Source: Basidiobolus meristosporus CBS 931.73
Lineage: Eukaryota; Fungi; Basidiobolomycota
Assembly (NCBI GenBank): GCA_002104905.1
Contig: MCFE01000462.1
Span: 7,149 to 71,148, forward strand
Reading direction: 5' to 3'
DNA: 64,000 nt
Shown here one piece after another: positions 51,245 through 63,125 of the stretch; position 1 is the first letter of the stretch; each line of letters opens with the position of its first letter. Under the pieces are notes generated by a model. That model did not search any database and was not told where the DNA came from. It worked only from the letters and a program-made list of their open reading frames with translations. Both the position numbers and the translations under genes were made by a program.

Positions 51245-53797
51245 TTACTTTCTAAGATCTTTCACTCTGACGGCGACTGCGTTTCGGTGGGCCTCTAAGC
51301 CTTCGATTTCGGCCAATCTCATGACCGAGTCGGCAAGACGGTCCAGGCCATCACTGGTCAGCTGTTGGCTGGTGATGTACTTCAGGAAAGTGTCGGTGTT
51401 GACGCCCGAATACATTCTGGAGTATCCGTATGTGGGAAGAGTGTGGTTTGTTCCGGAGGCGTAATCACCACAGCTCTCTGGTGACCATGGGCCGACGAAG
51501 ACGGAGCCAGCATTGTCGACCTGGTCGACGTACTTCTCGGCCTCCTCAAGGTGAAGAATAAGATGCTCAGGTGCGTAATCGTTGGAGAAGCTCATGGCCT
51601 CCTCCATGGTGTTCACATGGAGGGCATAGCTCTTGGGGATGGACTGGCGGACGATGTCCACTCTGGGCAATCTGCTGGCTTGGCTATGGACCTCATCCTC
51701 AATCGCCTTGAACTTCTCTTCAGTGAGGTTCACCGCGACCAGCACAACCTGACTGTCAACTCCATGCTCCGCTTGGGACAGCAGATCGGAGGCGACATAG
51801 CTGGGTGTGCATGTGGAATCAGCGATCACCAAGAGCTCAGATGGCCCGGCGGGCATATCGATGGATGTCATTGCTGAGCTGTCGTTCTGAACAATCATCT
51901 TGGCCGCGGTGACGTATTGGTTGCCAGGTCCACAGATCTTGTCAACCTTGGGGACTGATTCGGTACCGTAGGCCATAGCAGCGACTGCCTGAGCTCCACC
52001 AGCACAGACCACCATGGATGCACCAACCTTGTCAGCAACGTACAATACCTCGGGTACGACGGTGCCATCCTTTCTAGGAGGACTGGCGATAACGATCTCC
52101 TTGCACCCGGCGACCTTGGCTGGGATGCCTAACATGAGAGTGGTGGAGGGCAACACAGCGGTGCCACCGGGAACGTACAAGCCCACCCGTTCAATGGGTC
52201 TGCTGAATCGGGAGCAGGTGACTCCGGGCATGGTCTCCACCACCAGGGTGCTACGATCGTATTGCGCATCGTGGAATTTGTAGATGTTCTCGTAAGCTTG
52301 GTCGATGGCTGCCTTGGTTTGCTCGTCGATCTGCATCAACTCCTTGGGGAATGGCGCTTTGACAACAGGGTTGCTCAACTTGACTCCATCGAACTTCTCG
52401 GTGAAGTGGAGGATGCCTTGGTCGCCCTTGGCCCGGACCTCTTGCAAGATGGGCTGGACGCGAGCGATGATCTCCTCGGATTTGATGATGGGTCTGAGCA
52501 ACAAAGACTTGCGTGTTTCTTCGTCGATTTCCGCGTTGGAGTGGACCCGCATCTGAATTCTGTCCCCGGGTTGTGGGGCTGCGGGGCTGGAGGCTGCTTC
52601 CTCTGACTTCTTGGTCTCGGGCTCGGCCTTCTTCACCTCGTATTGGGGCTTGGCGTTTCCGGGTCTTCTGGTGATCTTCTTGGATCTCTTGTTCAGATGT
52701 CTTTCTACGTCGGACAAGGTGACTCCGTTGGCCACGCACTTGGTAAGTGCGAAGTAGATCAGATCAGCAGCCTCCCAGGCGATCTCCTCGCGGTCGGTGG
52801 CGTCGCACAATTCGTGGGCCTCCTCGATGATCTTGGAGTGCAGGAGGTTGGACTCATTGAAAAGGCGCGCGGTGTACGAGCCTTGAGGAGCGGACTCCTT
52901 GCGTTGGGTCAAGGTGGAGTACAACGCGGTGATGCCGTCGTCTACGCCGAAGCAGGTGCGGGTGTTCAGGTGGCAGAATCCGGATCCGTTTTGACGGACG
53001 GTGAAGCGTAAGGCGTCGCGATCGCAGTCGGTATCGATCTTCACCAACTCCTGGGTTGCTCCAGAGCTGGCTCCCTTGTACCAGAGGCCACGCTTTCTCG
53101 ACTGGTAGACACCGGTGCCAGTCTTGATGGATTCGTTAAGACTCTCGACTGAGGAGTATACCAAACCCAGGCACACGCCTTGTTCGTCGACCACAATGGT
53201 GGTGAATAGACCATCCGGGCGATCGGATACCAGGGTGGCGCTCAGGGCCTTTCCAACCTTGTCCGAGTCGAAGGTGAGTTGGCTGACTGGGACGCTGACG
53301 TCCATGTTTTTGGCGCTCAACTTTTCGAGCACTGCTTGGACTGGCTCCACACCGTCAACCACGATGCGTACCGCACCGCCATCGCGTAACAGAGTAGCCT
53401 CGGTCGAGAGCGACTCCAGGGCAGCGAGGGCTTGCTCAGTTGGGTTCTCTAGCTCCAGTACGATGACTGATACTTGGCTGGCATACTTCTCTACCCTAGC
53501 CACCAGATCGGTGGCCTCGTTGACAGATAATACGACGCCAAGTCGGCTTTGAGGGAACTCGAATAGCTCGGGAACAAGGCTCGCCTCCTCGAACAGGACT
53601 TTGGACGCACCAGCATCTAGAAGCTTCAAGGTAGCCTCCACAACATCGTCTATTCCGTCCAGCTTCACCCAGCTGGCACCTTCGGGCAAAGCGGAGTCTG
53701 CTGACTTCACGCCGGTCAGGTACTTCTCGGGGAAGACCGAGAGACGGGAGTAGGTCTCAGAGTTGATGTCTGAGGAGATATATTTGGGTATCAACAT
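51245..53797 (-). CDS. HIS4: Trifunctional histidine biosynthesis protein (HisI/HisE/HisD), intronless
   Basis: YQSRKRGLWYKGASSG..DCDRDAL..FCHLNTRTCF; SYTARLF..KIIEEAHEL..EAADLIYF; GLYVPGGTAVLPST..GPGNQYV..DMPAGPSE..SQAEHG..APEHL..GDYASGTNHTLPT. Confidence 0.98.
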   Translation of the reverse strand: MLIPKYISSDINSETYSRLSVFPEKYLTGVKSADSALPEGASWVKLDGIDDVVEATLKLLDAGASKVLFEEASLVPELFEFPQSRLGVVLSVNEATDLVARVEKYASQVSVIVLELENPTEQALAALESLSTEATLLRDGGAVRIVVDGVEPVQAVLEKLSAKNMDVSVPVSQLTFDSDKVGKALSATLVSDRPDGLFTTIVVDEQGVCLGLVYSSVESLNESIKTGTGVYQSRKRGLWYKGASSGATQELVKIDTDCDRDALRFTVRQNGSGFCHLNTRTCFGVDDGITALYSTLTQRKESAPQGSYTARLFNESNLLHSKIIEEAHELCDATDREEIAWEAADLIYFALTKCVANGVTLSDVERHLNKRSKKITRRPGNAKPQYEVKKAEPETKKSEEAASSPAAPQPGDRIQMRVHSNAEIDEETRKSLLLRPIIKSEEIIARVQPILQEVRAKGDQGILHFTEKFDGVKLSNPVVKAPFPKELMQIDEQTKAAIDQAYENIYKFHDAQYDRSTLVVETMPGVTCSRFSRPIERVGLYVPGGTAVLPSTTLMLGIPAKVAGCKEIVIASPPRKDGTVVPEVLYVADKVGASMVVCAGGAQAVAAMAYGTESVPKVDKICGPGNQYVTAAKMIVQNDSSAMTSIDMPAGPSELLVIADSTCTPSYVASDLLSQAEHGVDSQVVLVAVNLTEEKFKAIEDEVHSQASRLPRVDIVRQSIPKSYALHVNTMEEAMSFSNDYAPEHLILHLEEAEKYVDQVDNAGSVFVGPWSPESCGDYASGTNHTLPTYGYSRMYSGVNTDTFLKYITSQQLTSDGLDRLADSVMRLAEIEGLEAHRNAVAVRVKDLRK

Positions 53798-54304
53798 TCT
53801 CTACAGAGAAGTGGGTAGTCGGAGGGAAGGGAGTTGGGTGTAGTCAGGGATGAAGGCGGCTGAAGAGCTTCGAAAAAATCGATGGATCTTGTGTTCACTT
53901 GAAAATATATATCCCGCATTCATTCGTCTCATTCGCACCCATTCGCACCCATTCGCACTCCTGGCTGATATCTCCTCAATATGGATCCTTCGAAATTTGA
54001 TAAGATTCATGGTCAAGGTGGACCGTATTGGGGAATGTTTCGTTGGTGCTACTGCCTAATCAGGCTTGGGGATGAGTTGGGATGAGCAATCATGAGACAC
54101 CCCCGATTCGGGACATCTCGGGGTATTCCATACAGATCTCATTGGGCTCAACTCCATTCGACTACCACATCCCGATCCAGGGAATTTCTACCGGGAAACA
54201 AGGTTTGCTTTCGTGCACATCCTGGTTGGCGTGCCATGGTGAATGAACTCCAATTGCTGCTTAGATCACAGTTTATTCGTAGAGATTGATTAAATATTGT
54301 ACAT

Positions 54305-55669
54305 CTAATTAGTGGTTTGCTTGCGGAATTTGCCTCGCGATTGCTTGAAGGGTTGCCTGCGGCCCTCCTGCTGGGAAGCTGGGTGGTTCCCCGGTTTTCT
54401 TTTCTTGAATGGTTGGCCGGCGTGGGGCTCGTTGGGATTCCGAGGGCGCTTCTGAAATTTCTTGCCTGGTGCTTTGTGGCCAAAGGCTTTTTTGGGGTTG
54501 GCTCCGGTCTGCGATTCCTGGCCTTGCTCCTGGTCCTTGTTCTGGTCCTCATCCTCATCCTGGCCCTGTTCCTGCTCCTTCTTCAGTTGCTCCTCACGGA
54601 GTTTCTTCTTCTCCTTGCGCTCGATGAACTTAGCGTCGAAGCGCTCTCCGTCAAGGATACGCAGCGTGGGTATCATCTTCAAGATCTAGTAACATACCAC
54701 GAGATTACTTCTATGCTATCAAACCCTCCTGGGAGCACGGACCACTCACCTTCTCGCGATACCCATCCTTGCTGCACAGCGAATTGCCCTTGAGGTTGAG
54801 GTTTGTAAGATGCAGGAGAGAGCCGAGAATAGTAACATCGCTGTGAACGCAGGACGTTAGTTATGCGGGGATTAGTAGAATCCGATAGAGGCGGCCGTAC
54901 CTCCACTCCTTGATAAGGTTGCTCCCCAAGTCCAAAATGGTCAACGAGCTGCAGCCGCGTAGCGATTCGGGGATGGCGGTGATTTTGTTATCGTTCAGAC
55001 GAAGCTCCTTCAGCTCCGGATTCAGGGAGAAATCCGGCACCGAACGGAGTTCGTTATGGGCCGCCGAGAATTTGGTCAGTTTCGCCAGGGTGGGGAAGCT
55101 TGGCAACTCCTCCAACTTGTTGTGCGACAAAACTAGCGACATAAGGTTGGTCAGCTCTGGGGGGGGTGGGGTTCGTTCTTGTGGTGATGAAGGGTACCTA
55201 TGGTGTTCAATTCGTGCAGTCCTCCGATGTTCTCCACACGTTTGATGGAGTTGTGGTTTAGAATCAACGCTTTCAAGGATACCAAGCTGGTAACGTGTTG
55301 TGAGATGCGATTGATCTTGTTGTGACTGAGATTAAGCACTAGCAAAAAAAACGCTTGAGTCCCTCAGAACCAAAAAAACCTCCCCTCCACTGCCCACTTA
55401 CCCGAAAGCTTCTTCAGTCTCTCCAAACCCTCGAAACTCTCCAACTGATTCCCGGAGAGATTCAGCCAGGTAAGCTCCGAATTGTACTGGATTCCGGAGA
55501 GGGCGTTCGCCGCTTTGATGGTGTTTTGGGAGAGGTTCAGCTTTCTTAAACCGACGCAACACGAGATATCCTCGATGTGGTTGACCTCCTTCTTGGAGAA
55601 ATCCAATACCTGAACCTCGGGGAGTGGTGTGTTCACTACGTCCGAAATGACCAGAGGAGTTAACTTCAT
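54305..55669 (-). CDS. SDS22-like leucine-rich-repeat protein with LRRcap and basic low-complexity tail, 5 exons
   Basis: Repeated LxxLxLSxNxI units; LNLKGNSLC..YREKILKMIPTLRILDG cap; K/R/Q-rich C-terminus. Confidence 0.85.
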
Positions 55670-55964
55670 GGTTGCGATACGTCTAGATTACGCCAACGGT
55701 GATGGTAACGTGGTTGTAACGATTGTGACATCCACCTTTTGATCCCAAAAAAAAAAAGAAATATTCCGTTTTTTGCTGTCCCTCATCCCTCCCGTCACGT
55801 GATGTCCGGGCGCGAATCATCACAATGTTAGAAGCTTTCATATTGATCAGGCCAGCTGAAATTCGGCCGTTTCAGAGCAAGATATATCATTCTAAACATG
55901 TGTTTCATTCCCCCGGGTATTAAAAGAGACCCAGCGAGCCAAGCCCCCCTTGCATCCGGCGAAC

Positions 55965-57178
55965 ATGGTGGTTAACGCAACGATAGGTGCTCTGGTGTCC
56001 TCCGTAGGAAGAAACCTGGCTGATTCGCTTACACACGGCGTCAGCCCCACCGCGAATGTGCTGTTCTCCCCGTTGTCCATATTTGCCGCGCTCTTCATGC
56101 TCCTGTTTGGCACTGCCGAGAGAAGCCAGAGCCAGTCAGAGCTTCTAAGCTTCTTCGGCTCCCCGGATACCCACAGCAGCTCGCTCCCTAACCTGGCTGA
56201 GTCCTTCCATAACTTCTTCCAGCCGTTGATGGGTGACCACGAGGGTGTCGGGCCATCCGAGGACCACAACGCCACCTTCCTGCTGGCCAACTCGCTGTGG
56301 GGAGAAGCATTCAAGCAAAGCTACGTTGACCTGAACAGGGAGAAACTCTTTGCCTCTGTATTCTCACAGACTCCCACCGCGACGAAGGTGAATCAATGGG
56401 TGGCGAAGAACACTAAGAACCATATCACTGGGATCCTTCCACCAGGATTTCGTCTGGATCCACAAAGCCTGTTGCTTGTGAACACAGTCTTCTTCCATGG
56501 GATGTGGAAGAATGAGTTCAAGGCCAGTCGAACCACCTCGGAGGAGTTCCAGGTGCTGTCGGGAGCACCGATCAAGGTGAAGATGATGAACTCATTCCGG
56601 GAGAGGTGGGCCTATTCGGAGAGCGAGAAGTACCAGGTGCTGGATATGCCGTACACCGACGACCGGTTCGTGGCAACCGTAGTGCTACCAAGGGAGGTGC
56701 AATCCTTCGCCAGTTTCATCCACGGTCTCAGCGAGGAGGATTGGGCCGATATTCTCAATGGGAACAGATACAAACAGCAGGTGAACCTCCACCTACCGAA
56801 GTTCGACCTTGAGCAGGAGCTGAATCTCAACCAGGCGCTGCAGAAGGGAGGGGTCAGAGAGATATTCGGAAGCAGCGCCAGGCTTGACAATCTTTCGGAA
56901 GTTCCGATGTATGTCAGCGATGTGCTGCACAAGTGCCGCATCGAAGTGGACGAAAAAGGTATGGATGCTTGGTAATCACGAGCAGCGGATAGGACTAACC
57001 ACCCACTTCCAAAGGTTCCAAAGCCAGTGCTGCCACCGCGGTCATCATGCTTCGGTCTGCTCCGATGGTGGTGCCCCCGACGCCAGAGATGCGATGTGAC
57101 CGGCCATTCCTGTTTGTGATCCGCACGAAGGATGGCGTGCCCATGTTTGTTGCCTACATCACGAAGCCGCTGAAATGA
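55965..57178 (+). CDS. Serpin copy 2, intact (intron 56959-57014)
   Basis: Same scaffold as copy 1; hinge/RCL EKGSKASAATAVIMLRSAPM; signature MRCDRPFLFVI. Confidence 0.93.
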
Positions 57179-57837
57179 ATCTATCCTCTTGTGTCGGTTC
57201 GATTTGGGCAATCCAAGCGTGATACATGTGATGTTCCAGTCCAGAGTGCAGTTGCTCATCGATAGACCCAATATAATCCCGTAATTATTTTATGTATGTA
57301 CTATAAAATCCATTTATTGCTCACCACTTGGGCAAGCATTTGATCATAACTCAGTAAAGGCCAGTGTTTCCATGGATACACTCCAGGGGATTGGGTGAAT
57401 GGACATAGCCAACCTATCTAATACTAGCCACTAGCCAGATGACACCCATGGAAGTTTCCAAGGAAGAATTGTGACTAGCAGATACTTGCAAACAAAATCC
57501 CTTTGACTAATAGCAAAGTTGGCTCCCTTCTGATTAACCTTACCAATGCAATGCTTCATTCTGATCCACTATGCTCTAGCCTTAACAATGCTACAGGTTC
57601 CTTTTATTCCTAAATACCTGTGACCATTATACAGCTCATGTATAGGATTCAGGCAAGTAGTACAAAAGTATCCCTTGTGAGAATTATTAAACTTGGGATT
57701 GTTGTCTTGGAGGCTCCTGAGGAAGCCACTGGTTTTAAGCCCATGCACCCTTGTTCTTCTGCCTTTGATAGTTTTGGCTATTCTTGAGATACTTTCTTAG
57801 CATACCAATGCTGGCCCAAAACTTGCTTGCTTGTTTG

Positions 57838-58072
57838 TGTTGTAAGAGTCTTGGAGATATTGGAAGTGATTGGAAGAGCAAGTAGATTTTGTGGTTTTCA
57901 CTTAATGATTTATTGAATGTAAAAGTAATATTTATACTTTCACCTGGTCTTGGCATTACAAACACGTAGAATAGGTTAAGGAAGGTCCCAAGAACATGTG
58001 TGCAAAGTTTGGGGCTGTTTGGACAACTTTGAGAATTTTCATGTTCTGGGTACCTGGTACTTTGGTGAAAAT
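57838..58072 (-). repeat. Partial copia LTR, interrupted at 58072 by an opposite-strand element of the same family
   Basis: Begins TGTTGTAAGAGTC and matches the first ~235 nt of the 58275-58623 LTR as read on the + strand. Confidence 0.9.
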
Positions 58073-58274
58073 TGTTGTAAAATTTGTATTTCCACCTAAA
58101 TATTCACCTAACTTAGTCACTTAGATCATTACCATCAAATCCTAGAGAATACTGACCAAATTCCTTGTTGGGATTTACTTCAAATATTTACCCAGAACAT
58201 GAAAATTCTCAAAGTTGTCCAAACAGCCCCAAACTTTGCACACATGTTCTTGGAACCTTCCTTAACCTATTCTA

Positions 58275-58623
58275 TGTTGTAAGAGTCTTGGAGATATTGG
58301 AAGTGATTGGGAGAACAAGTAGATTATGTGGTTTTCACTTAATGATTTATTGAATGTAAAAGTAATATTTATACTTTCACCTGGTCTTGGCATTACAAAC
58401 ACGTAGAATAGGTTAAGGAAGGTCCCAAGAACATGTGTGCAAAGTTTGGGGCTGTTTGGACAACTTTGAGAATTTTCATGTTCTGGGTACCTGGTATTTT
58501 GGTGAAAATTTTCTAAGTAAATCCCGACAAGGAATTTGGTCAGTATTCTCTAGGATTGGAAGGTGATGATTTAAGTGACTAAGTTAGGTGAATATTTAGG
58601 TGGAAATACAAATTTTTACAACA
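58275..58623 (-). repeat. 3' LTR of the full-length element
   Basis: 349 bp, TG...CA ends, adjacent to the polypurine tract. Confidence 0.95.
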
Positions 58624-58632
58624 CTCCCACTC
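58624..58632 (-). other. Polypurine tract GAGTGGGAG
   Basis: Purine run immediately 5' of the 3' LTR on the minus strand. Confidence 0.8.
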
Positions 58633-58634
58633 AG

Positions 58635-61600
58635 CTAAATGTTCATACTGACTAGTCCTAATTTTGACCTAAGATATTCAAACTTGTCTCTAGCTAATGG
58701 TTTGGTAAATATGTCTGCAATCATTTCATTGGTAGGACAGTAAGCTAAGCTAACTAAGTTATTCTCTATAGCTTCACGTATGAAATGATGTCTAATATCT
58801 ATGTGCTTGGTTCTAGCATGAAAAGTTGGATTTCTACCTAATTGTATACATCCTTGATTATCTTGAAATAAAGTAATAGGCGTTTTTTGACATAGGCCTA
58901 AATCTGCAAAGAGCTTTCTTAACCACATTGCTTCTTTTGTAGCTTCACAGGCTGCCATATACTCTGCCTCTGTAGTAGAAAGTGCTACGGTTGGTTGCTT
59001 TCTTGAATTCCATGAAATTGCTCCTTTACAGTAAAGAAAGGTGTATCCTGTGGTGGATCTTCTGTCTTCCAAATTTTGTCCCCAATCAGCATCAGAGTAT
59101 CCCACAAGATCCTGTTCTGAATCATTATAAGTGTATCTTAAGCAGATATCAGCAGTTCCTTTTAGGTATCTAAAAATCCGCTTAACTGCTGCAATATGAT
59201 CAGATCCATAGTTCTGATTATGTTGGCTGACAACTCCCACTGAATATGAGATATCTGGATGTGTTCCAAGCATGACATACATCAGACTGCTGACCATAGA
59301 TTGATAAGGAAAGTCAGGGCTTTCAGATGGCACCAAGCTCTCTTGATTTGGTTGAGTTTTGACCAAGTTAAGGTTTGTCTCCATTGGGGTAGCTGCCGGT
59401 TTACAGTCTTCCATTTGGTACTTCTTTAGTATATCTTGAATATACTTGGATTGGCTCAGGGTGATAGTCTGGGTACTTCTGTCTATGGAGAACTTAATCC
59501 CTAAGTAGTAACTGAGTTCTCCTAGATTGGACATCTTGAACTCCTTAGATAGGCTGGATTTAGTCTCTTCCAATGTTTCTAGGTTATTGGCGGCTATAAT
59601 AAGATCATCCACATATAGAGCTAATAGAACTGGATTTGCTCTATCTGGCTTATAGTATATACTATAGTCAGCATTACTCCTTTTGAAACTCAAAGATTCC
59701 AAATAAGAATCTATCTTGCAATTCCAGGCTCTTGGTGATTGTTTGAGACCATATAGTGACTTTTTAAGCTTGCAGACCAAATGGGGGTTATCTTGGTCAA
59801 CAAACCCATCAGGCTGGTCCATATACACGTCCTCATCAGGTTCTCCATTCAAAAATGCAGTTTTTACATCCATTTGATGAATAAAAAACTTATATTTGGC
59901 TGCAATAGGCAATATTAATTTGATGGAATTAAACTTGGCTACTGGTGCAAAGGTCTCAGTATAGTCAAGTCCTTTTGTTTGAGAGTATCCTTTGGCTACA
60001 AGTCTTGCTTTGTATCTTTCAATTGTACCATCAGCCTTGTATTTTGTCTTGAAGACCCATCTGCATCCAGTTGATTTACGGTTGATTTGTAACTTGACTA
60101 AGTCCCAAGTTTGATTTTCCATCAGGGCCTGATATTCCTCAGTCATTGCAGATCTCCAAAACTTTGTCTGAGGGCTATTTAGGGCCTCTTTTACAGTCTG
60201 GGGTTCATCAATATGGACTGAATAGGCATAGGCTAAGTTTGTACCCTCATTAATATAGTAATTTGGGCTATTTCTTGTCCAATTTGATCTCCGGGCATTT
60301 GATACTGGAATGATCACTTCTGGGATATTCCTGGGCACTGATTCTGGCTGAACCACGGTTGTAGAGTCCTCTGGAGTGAAAAAAAGCTTTATTGTTTTGC
60401 ACTGATTCAATCCTGACAATTGGTGGACTTGAGATCAAATTTTTGTCATCATCTGATGTCATTTTTTGTGAAAATTTTGAATTTTCATCAAACAACACAT
60501 CCCTGGACTTGATAAGCTTCTTTGCTTCGGTATTGTAGAGTCCATATGCCTTACTCTCATTGCAGTAGCCCAAAAATATGCATTTTACACTCTTTGGCTC
60601 AAATTTTGACTGATTTCCGGCCAGTTTTTTGGCATATGCTGTACACCCAAATATTCTTAGATGTTCTGCACTTGGTCTGTATCCATACCATGCTTCAAAT
60701 GGAGTAGAGTCACAAAGTATTCTGTTATAACTCCTATTTTTAAGGTATACAGCAGTGGCAACTGATTCCGCCCAAAAATCATAGGATAATTTTTGATCAT
60801 GGATCATGGATCTTGCCATATCAATTATTGATCTGTTAGCTCATTCTGCTACTCCATTTTGCTGTGGGGAGTATGGTACAGTAGTCTCTTGCTTTATCCT
60901 ATGAATTTTGCAGAAGTGGAAGAAGAGTTTTGAGGTATATTCTCCACCATTGTCAGAGCATATTTTCTTGATTTTTTCACCAGTTTCTCTCTCCACCATG
61001 GCTTTAAACTCCCTGAGCTTAGACAGAGCTTCTTCCTTTCCCTCCATGAAGTAGACCCATGTGTATCTTGTATAATCATCAATAAAAGTGATTAAATACT
61101 TCATCCTGCCTAAGGATAAATTTTGCATAGGTCCACAAAGATCTGAGTGAATTAGATCTAATTTTTTCTTAGTTTTGATTAACCCAGAGCTCTTGAACGG
61201 TTGTCTGGCTTGTTTCCCATATATTCAGGCTTCACAGTGCTCCGAATTAGCTGGGGGATCAATTTTCACTCCAGAAATTAGCTGATCTTTGATCATTTTA
61301 TGCAAATAATCAAAATTGATGTGTCCAAATCTCCTGTGCCAAAGCATTGGTGTTTCTTCATTTAAGTTACTTAAGTTGGCTTCCAGATATGATGGAATAT
61401 AAGTCAACTTGTATAGATTCTGATCTCTGATGCCCAAAGCAATATGTGCACCATTTTGATCAGTGATCCTGCATCCAAAATTGTCAAAACTGAAACTGAG
61501 TCCTTCTGCTGTGGCCTTGCTTACAGAGAGTAGGTTCTTGGCTATTTCTGGTACACAGAGTACTTCTTTAAAGGTCAGTGTGTGGCTTCCTTCACTGCTT

Positions 61601-62580
61601 CTAAGGTTTACTTGGATAGTTCCTTCTCCCACTGCATCAAGGGTTCTATTGTCACCCATGAAAACCTTCTTAATTGGAATTTCTTGATATTGGGTAAAAA
61701 GTTCTTTTTGGTGTGTAAAGTGTTGAGAAGCTCCAGAATCAATATACCACGTCTGAGAATCCTTGTTTGTGGTCATATTTAGTGCAGATATGAATAGTCT
61801 ATCTTCAGTTGTTGCAGCATTTCCATATTCAGGCTTCTTTTGCTGATAATCTCTCTTCTTGAAACACCGGTCTGATGTGTGTCCTTTCCTTTTGCAGTAG
61901 TTGCAAAATAGGTTGCTGTTGCCTTTGTAGGGTCTTAGGTACCTCCTTTGTTGGTTATCATTGCTTATCAAAGCATTTTCTTCTTCCTTCTTATTAGCGC
62001 TTGATTTTCTTAATTCTTCATCCAGGAGCCGTCCATATACGTAATTTAAGGTCAAATCTTCAGTTCTGGACTCTAGGGCTGATACAAGGCCCTGAAACTT
62101 GTCTGTCAGGCTATTCAGGATGGTAACTATCACATCCTCATCAGTAGTTGGTACACCCACAGATTCCATCTCATCTACCAGCAGGGTAATTCTGTTAATT
62201 AGATTTTTCATTTCTTCTCCTGGCAGCATCTTTGTAGTAAAGAATTTTTGTCTCAGATACATTTTCTTGGCAGCTGAACATGACTGGTAGGTGTCTTCTA
62301 GTGCCTTCCAGGCATTCTTTGCCGTTTTTGCTCTTGAGCATTGAATTAGCAATTTGTCCTTGACATTAAGGCAAATGCAGTTAAAGGCACTTTGTTCTTT
62401 CTTCTGGTACTTTAAGGCTTCCTCTCCCACGTTTTTAGGAGGGCATTCTTCTCCCATGACAATATCCCAAAGGCCTCTTTCTTGTAGCAGCATCTTCATC
62501 TTCACCTTCCACACTTGGTAGTTAGAGCCATCCAACTTTTCAGCAGAGGGAAATATTCCAGTAATAGCAGTAGTAGACAT
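58635..62580 (-). pseudogene. Copia gag-pol with two in-frame TGA stops (61225, 60841) and a frameshift in a T run (~60385)
   Basis: Zn knuckle CNYCKRKGHTSDRC; protease WYIDSGASQH; integrase HSDLCGP/FIDDY/SDNGGEY/QQNGVAE; RT LYVDDLII; RNase H YSDADWG/STTEAEY/KHIDIRHHFIRE. Confidence 0.95.
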
Positions 62581-62598
62581 GGCAGAGAGTGACAGCTT

Positions 62599-62611
62599 GG
62601 GGCTCATAACC
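62599..62611 (-). other. Primer-binding site GGTTATGAGCCCC (Drosophila-copia type)
   Basis: Immediately 3' of the 5' LTR; resembles the copia PBS GGTTATGGGCCC. Confidence 0.8.
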
Positions 62612-62960
62612 TGTTGTAAGAGTCTTGGAGATATTGGAAGTGATTGGGAGAACAAGTAGATTATGTGGTTTTCACTTAATGATTTATTGAATGTAAAAGT
62701 GGTATTTATACTTTTACCTGGTCTTGGCATTACAAACACGTAGAATAGATTAAGGAAGGTCCCAAGAACATGTGTGCAAAGTTTGGGGCTGTTTGGACAA
62801 CTTTGAGAATTTTCATGTTCTGGGTACCTGGTATTTTGGTGAAAATTTTCTAAGTAAATCCTAACAAGGAATTTGGTCAGTATTCTCTAGGATTGGAAGG
62901 TGATGATTTAAGTGACTAAGTTAGATGAATATTTAGGTGGAAATACAAATTTTTACAACA
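62612..62960 (-). repeat. 5' LTR of the full-length element
   Basis: 349 bp; about 7 substitutions versus the 3' LTR by eye, mostly transitions. Confidence 0.95.
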
Positions 62961-63125
62961 TTCTACATGTTTGTAATGCCAAGACCTGGTAAAAGTATAA
63001 GTACTACTTTTACATTCAATAAATAATTAAGTGAAAACCACATAATCTACTTGTTCTCCCAATCACCTCCAATATCTCCAAGATTCTTACAACAGGTTAT
63101 GAGCCCTGAGCTGTTACTCTCTGCA

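Larger units (their letters stand above)
58275..62960 (-). mobile_element. Full-length Ty1/copia LTR retrotransposon (4686 bp) with 349-bp LTRs and 5-bp TSD TTCTA
   Basis: LTRs at 58275-58623 and 62612-62960 with TGTTGTAA terminal inverted ends; TTCTA at 58270-58274 and 62961-62965; gag-PR-INT-RT-RH order. Confidence 0.97.

Noticed and set aside
47958-53797. RNR and HIS4 as a functional nucleotide-metabolism cluster
   Set aside because: They are convergent with no shared promoter; adjacency is expected in a gene-dense genome and nothing else supports co-regulation.
53920-53960. CATTCGCACC x3 repeat upstream of HIS4 as a Gcn4-type element
   Set aside because: Does not match TGACTC/TGAGTCA; a short repeat with no supporting evidence.
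62581-62739. N-terminal extension MFVMPRPG.. on gag, also at 57735-57965
   Set aside because: Translation of non-coding LTR sequence upstream of the likely gag start.
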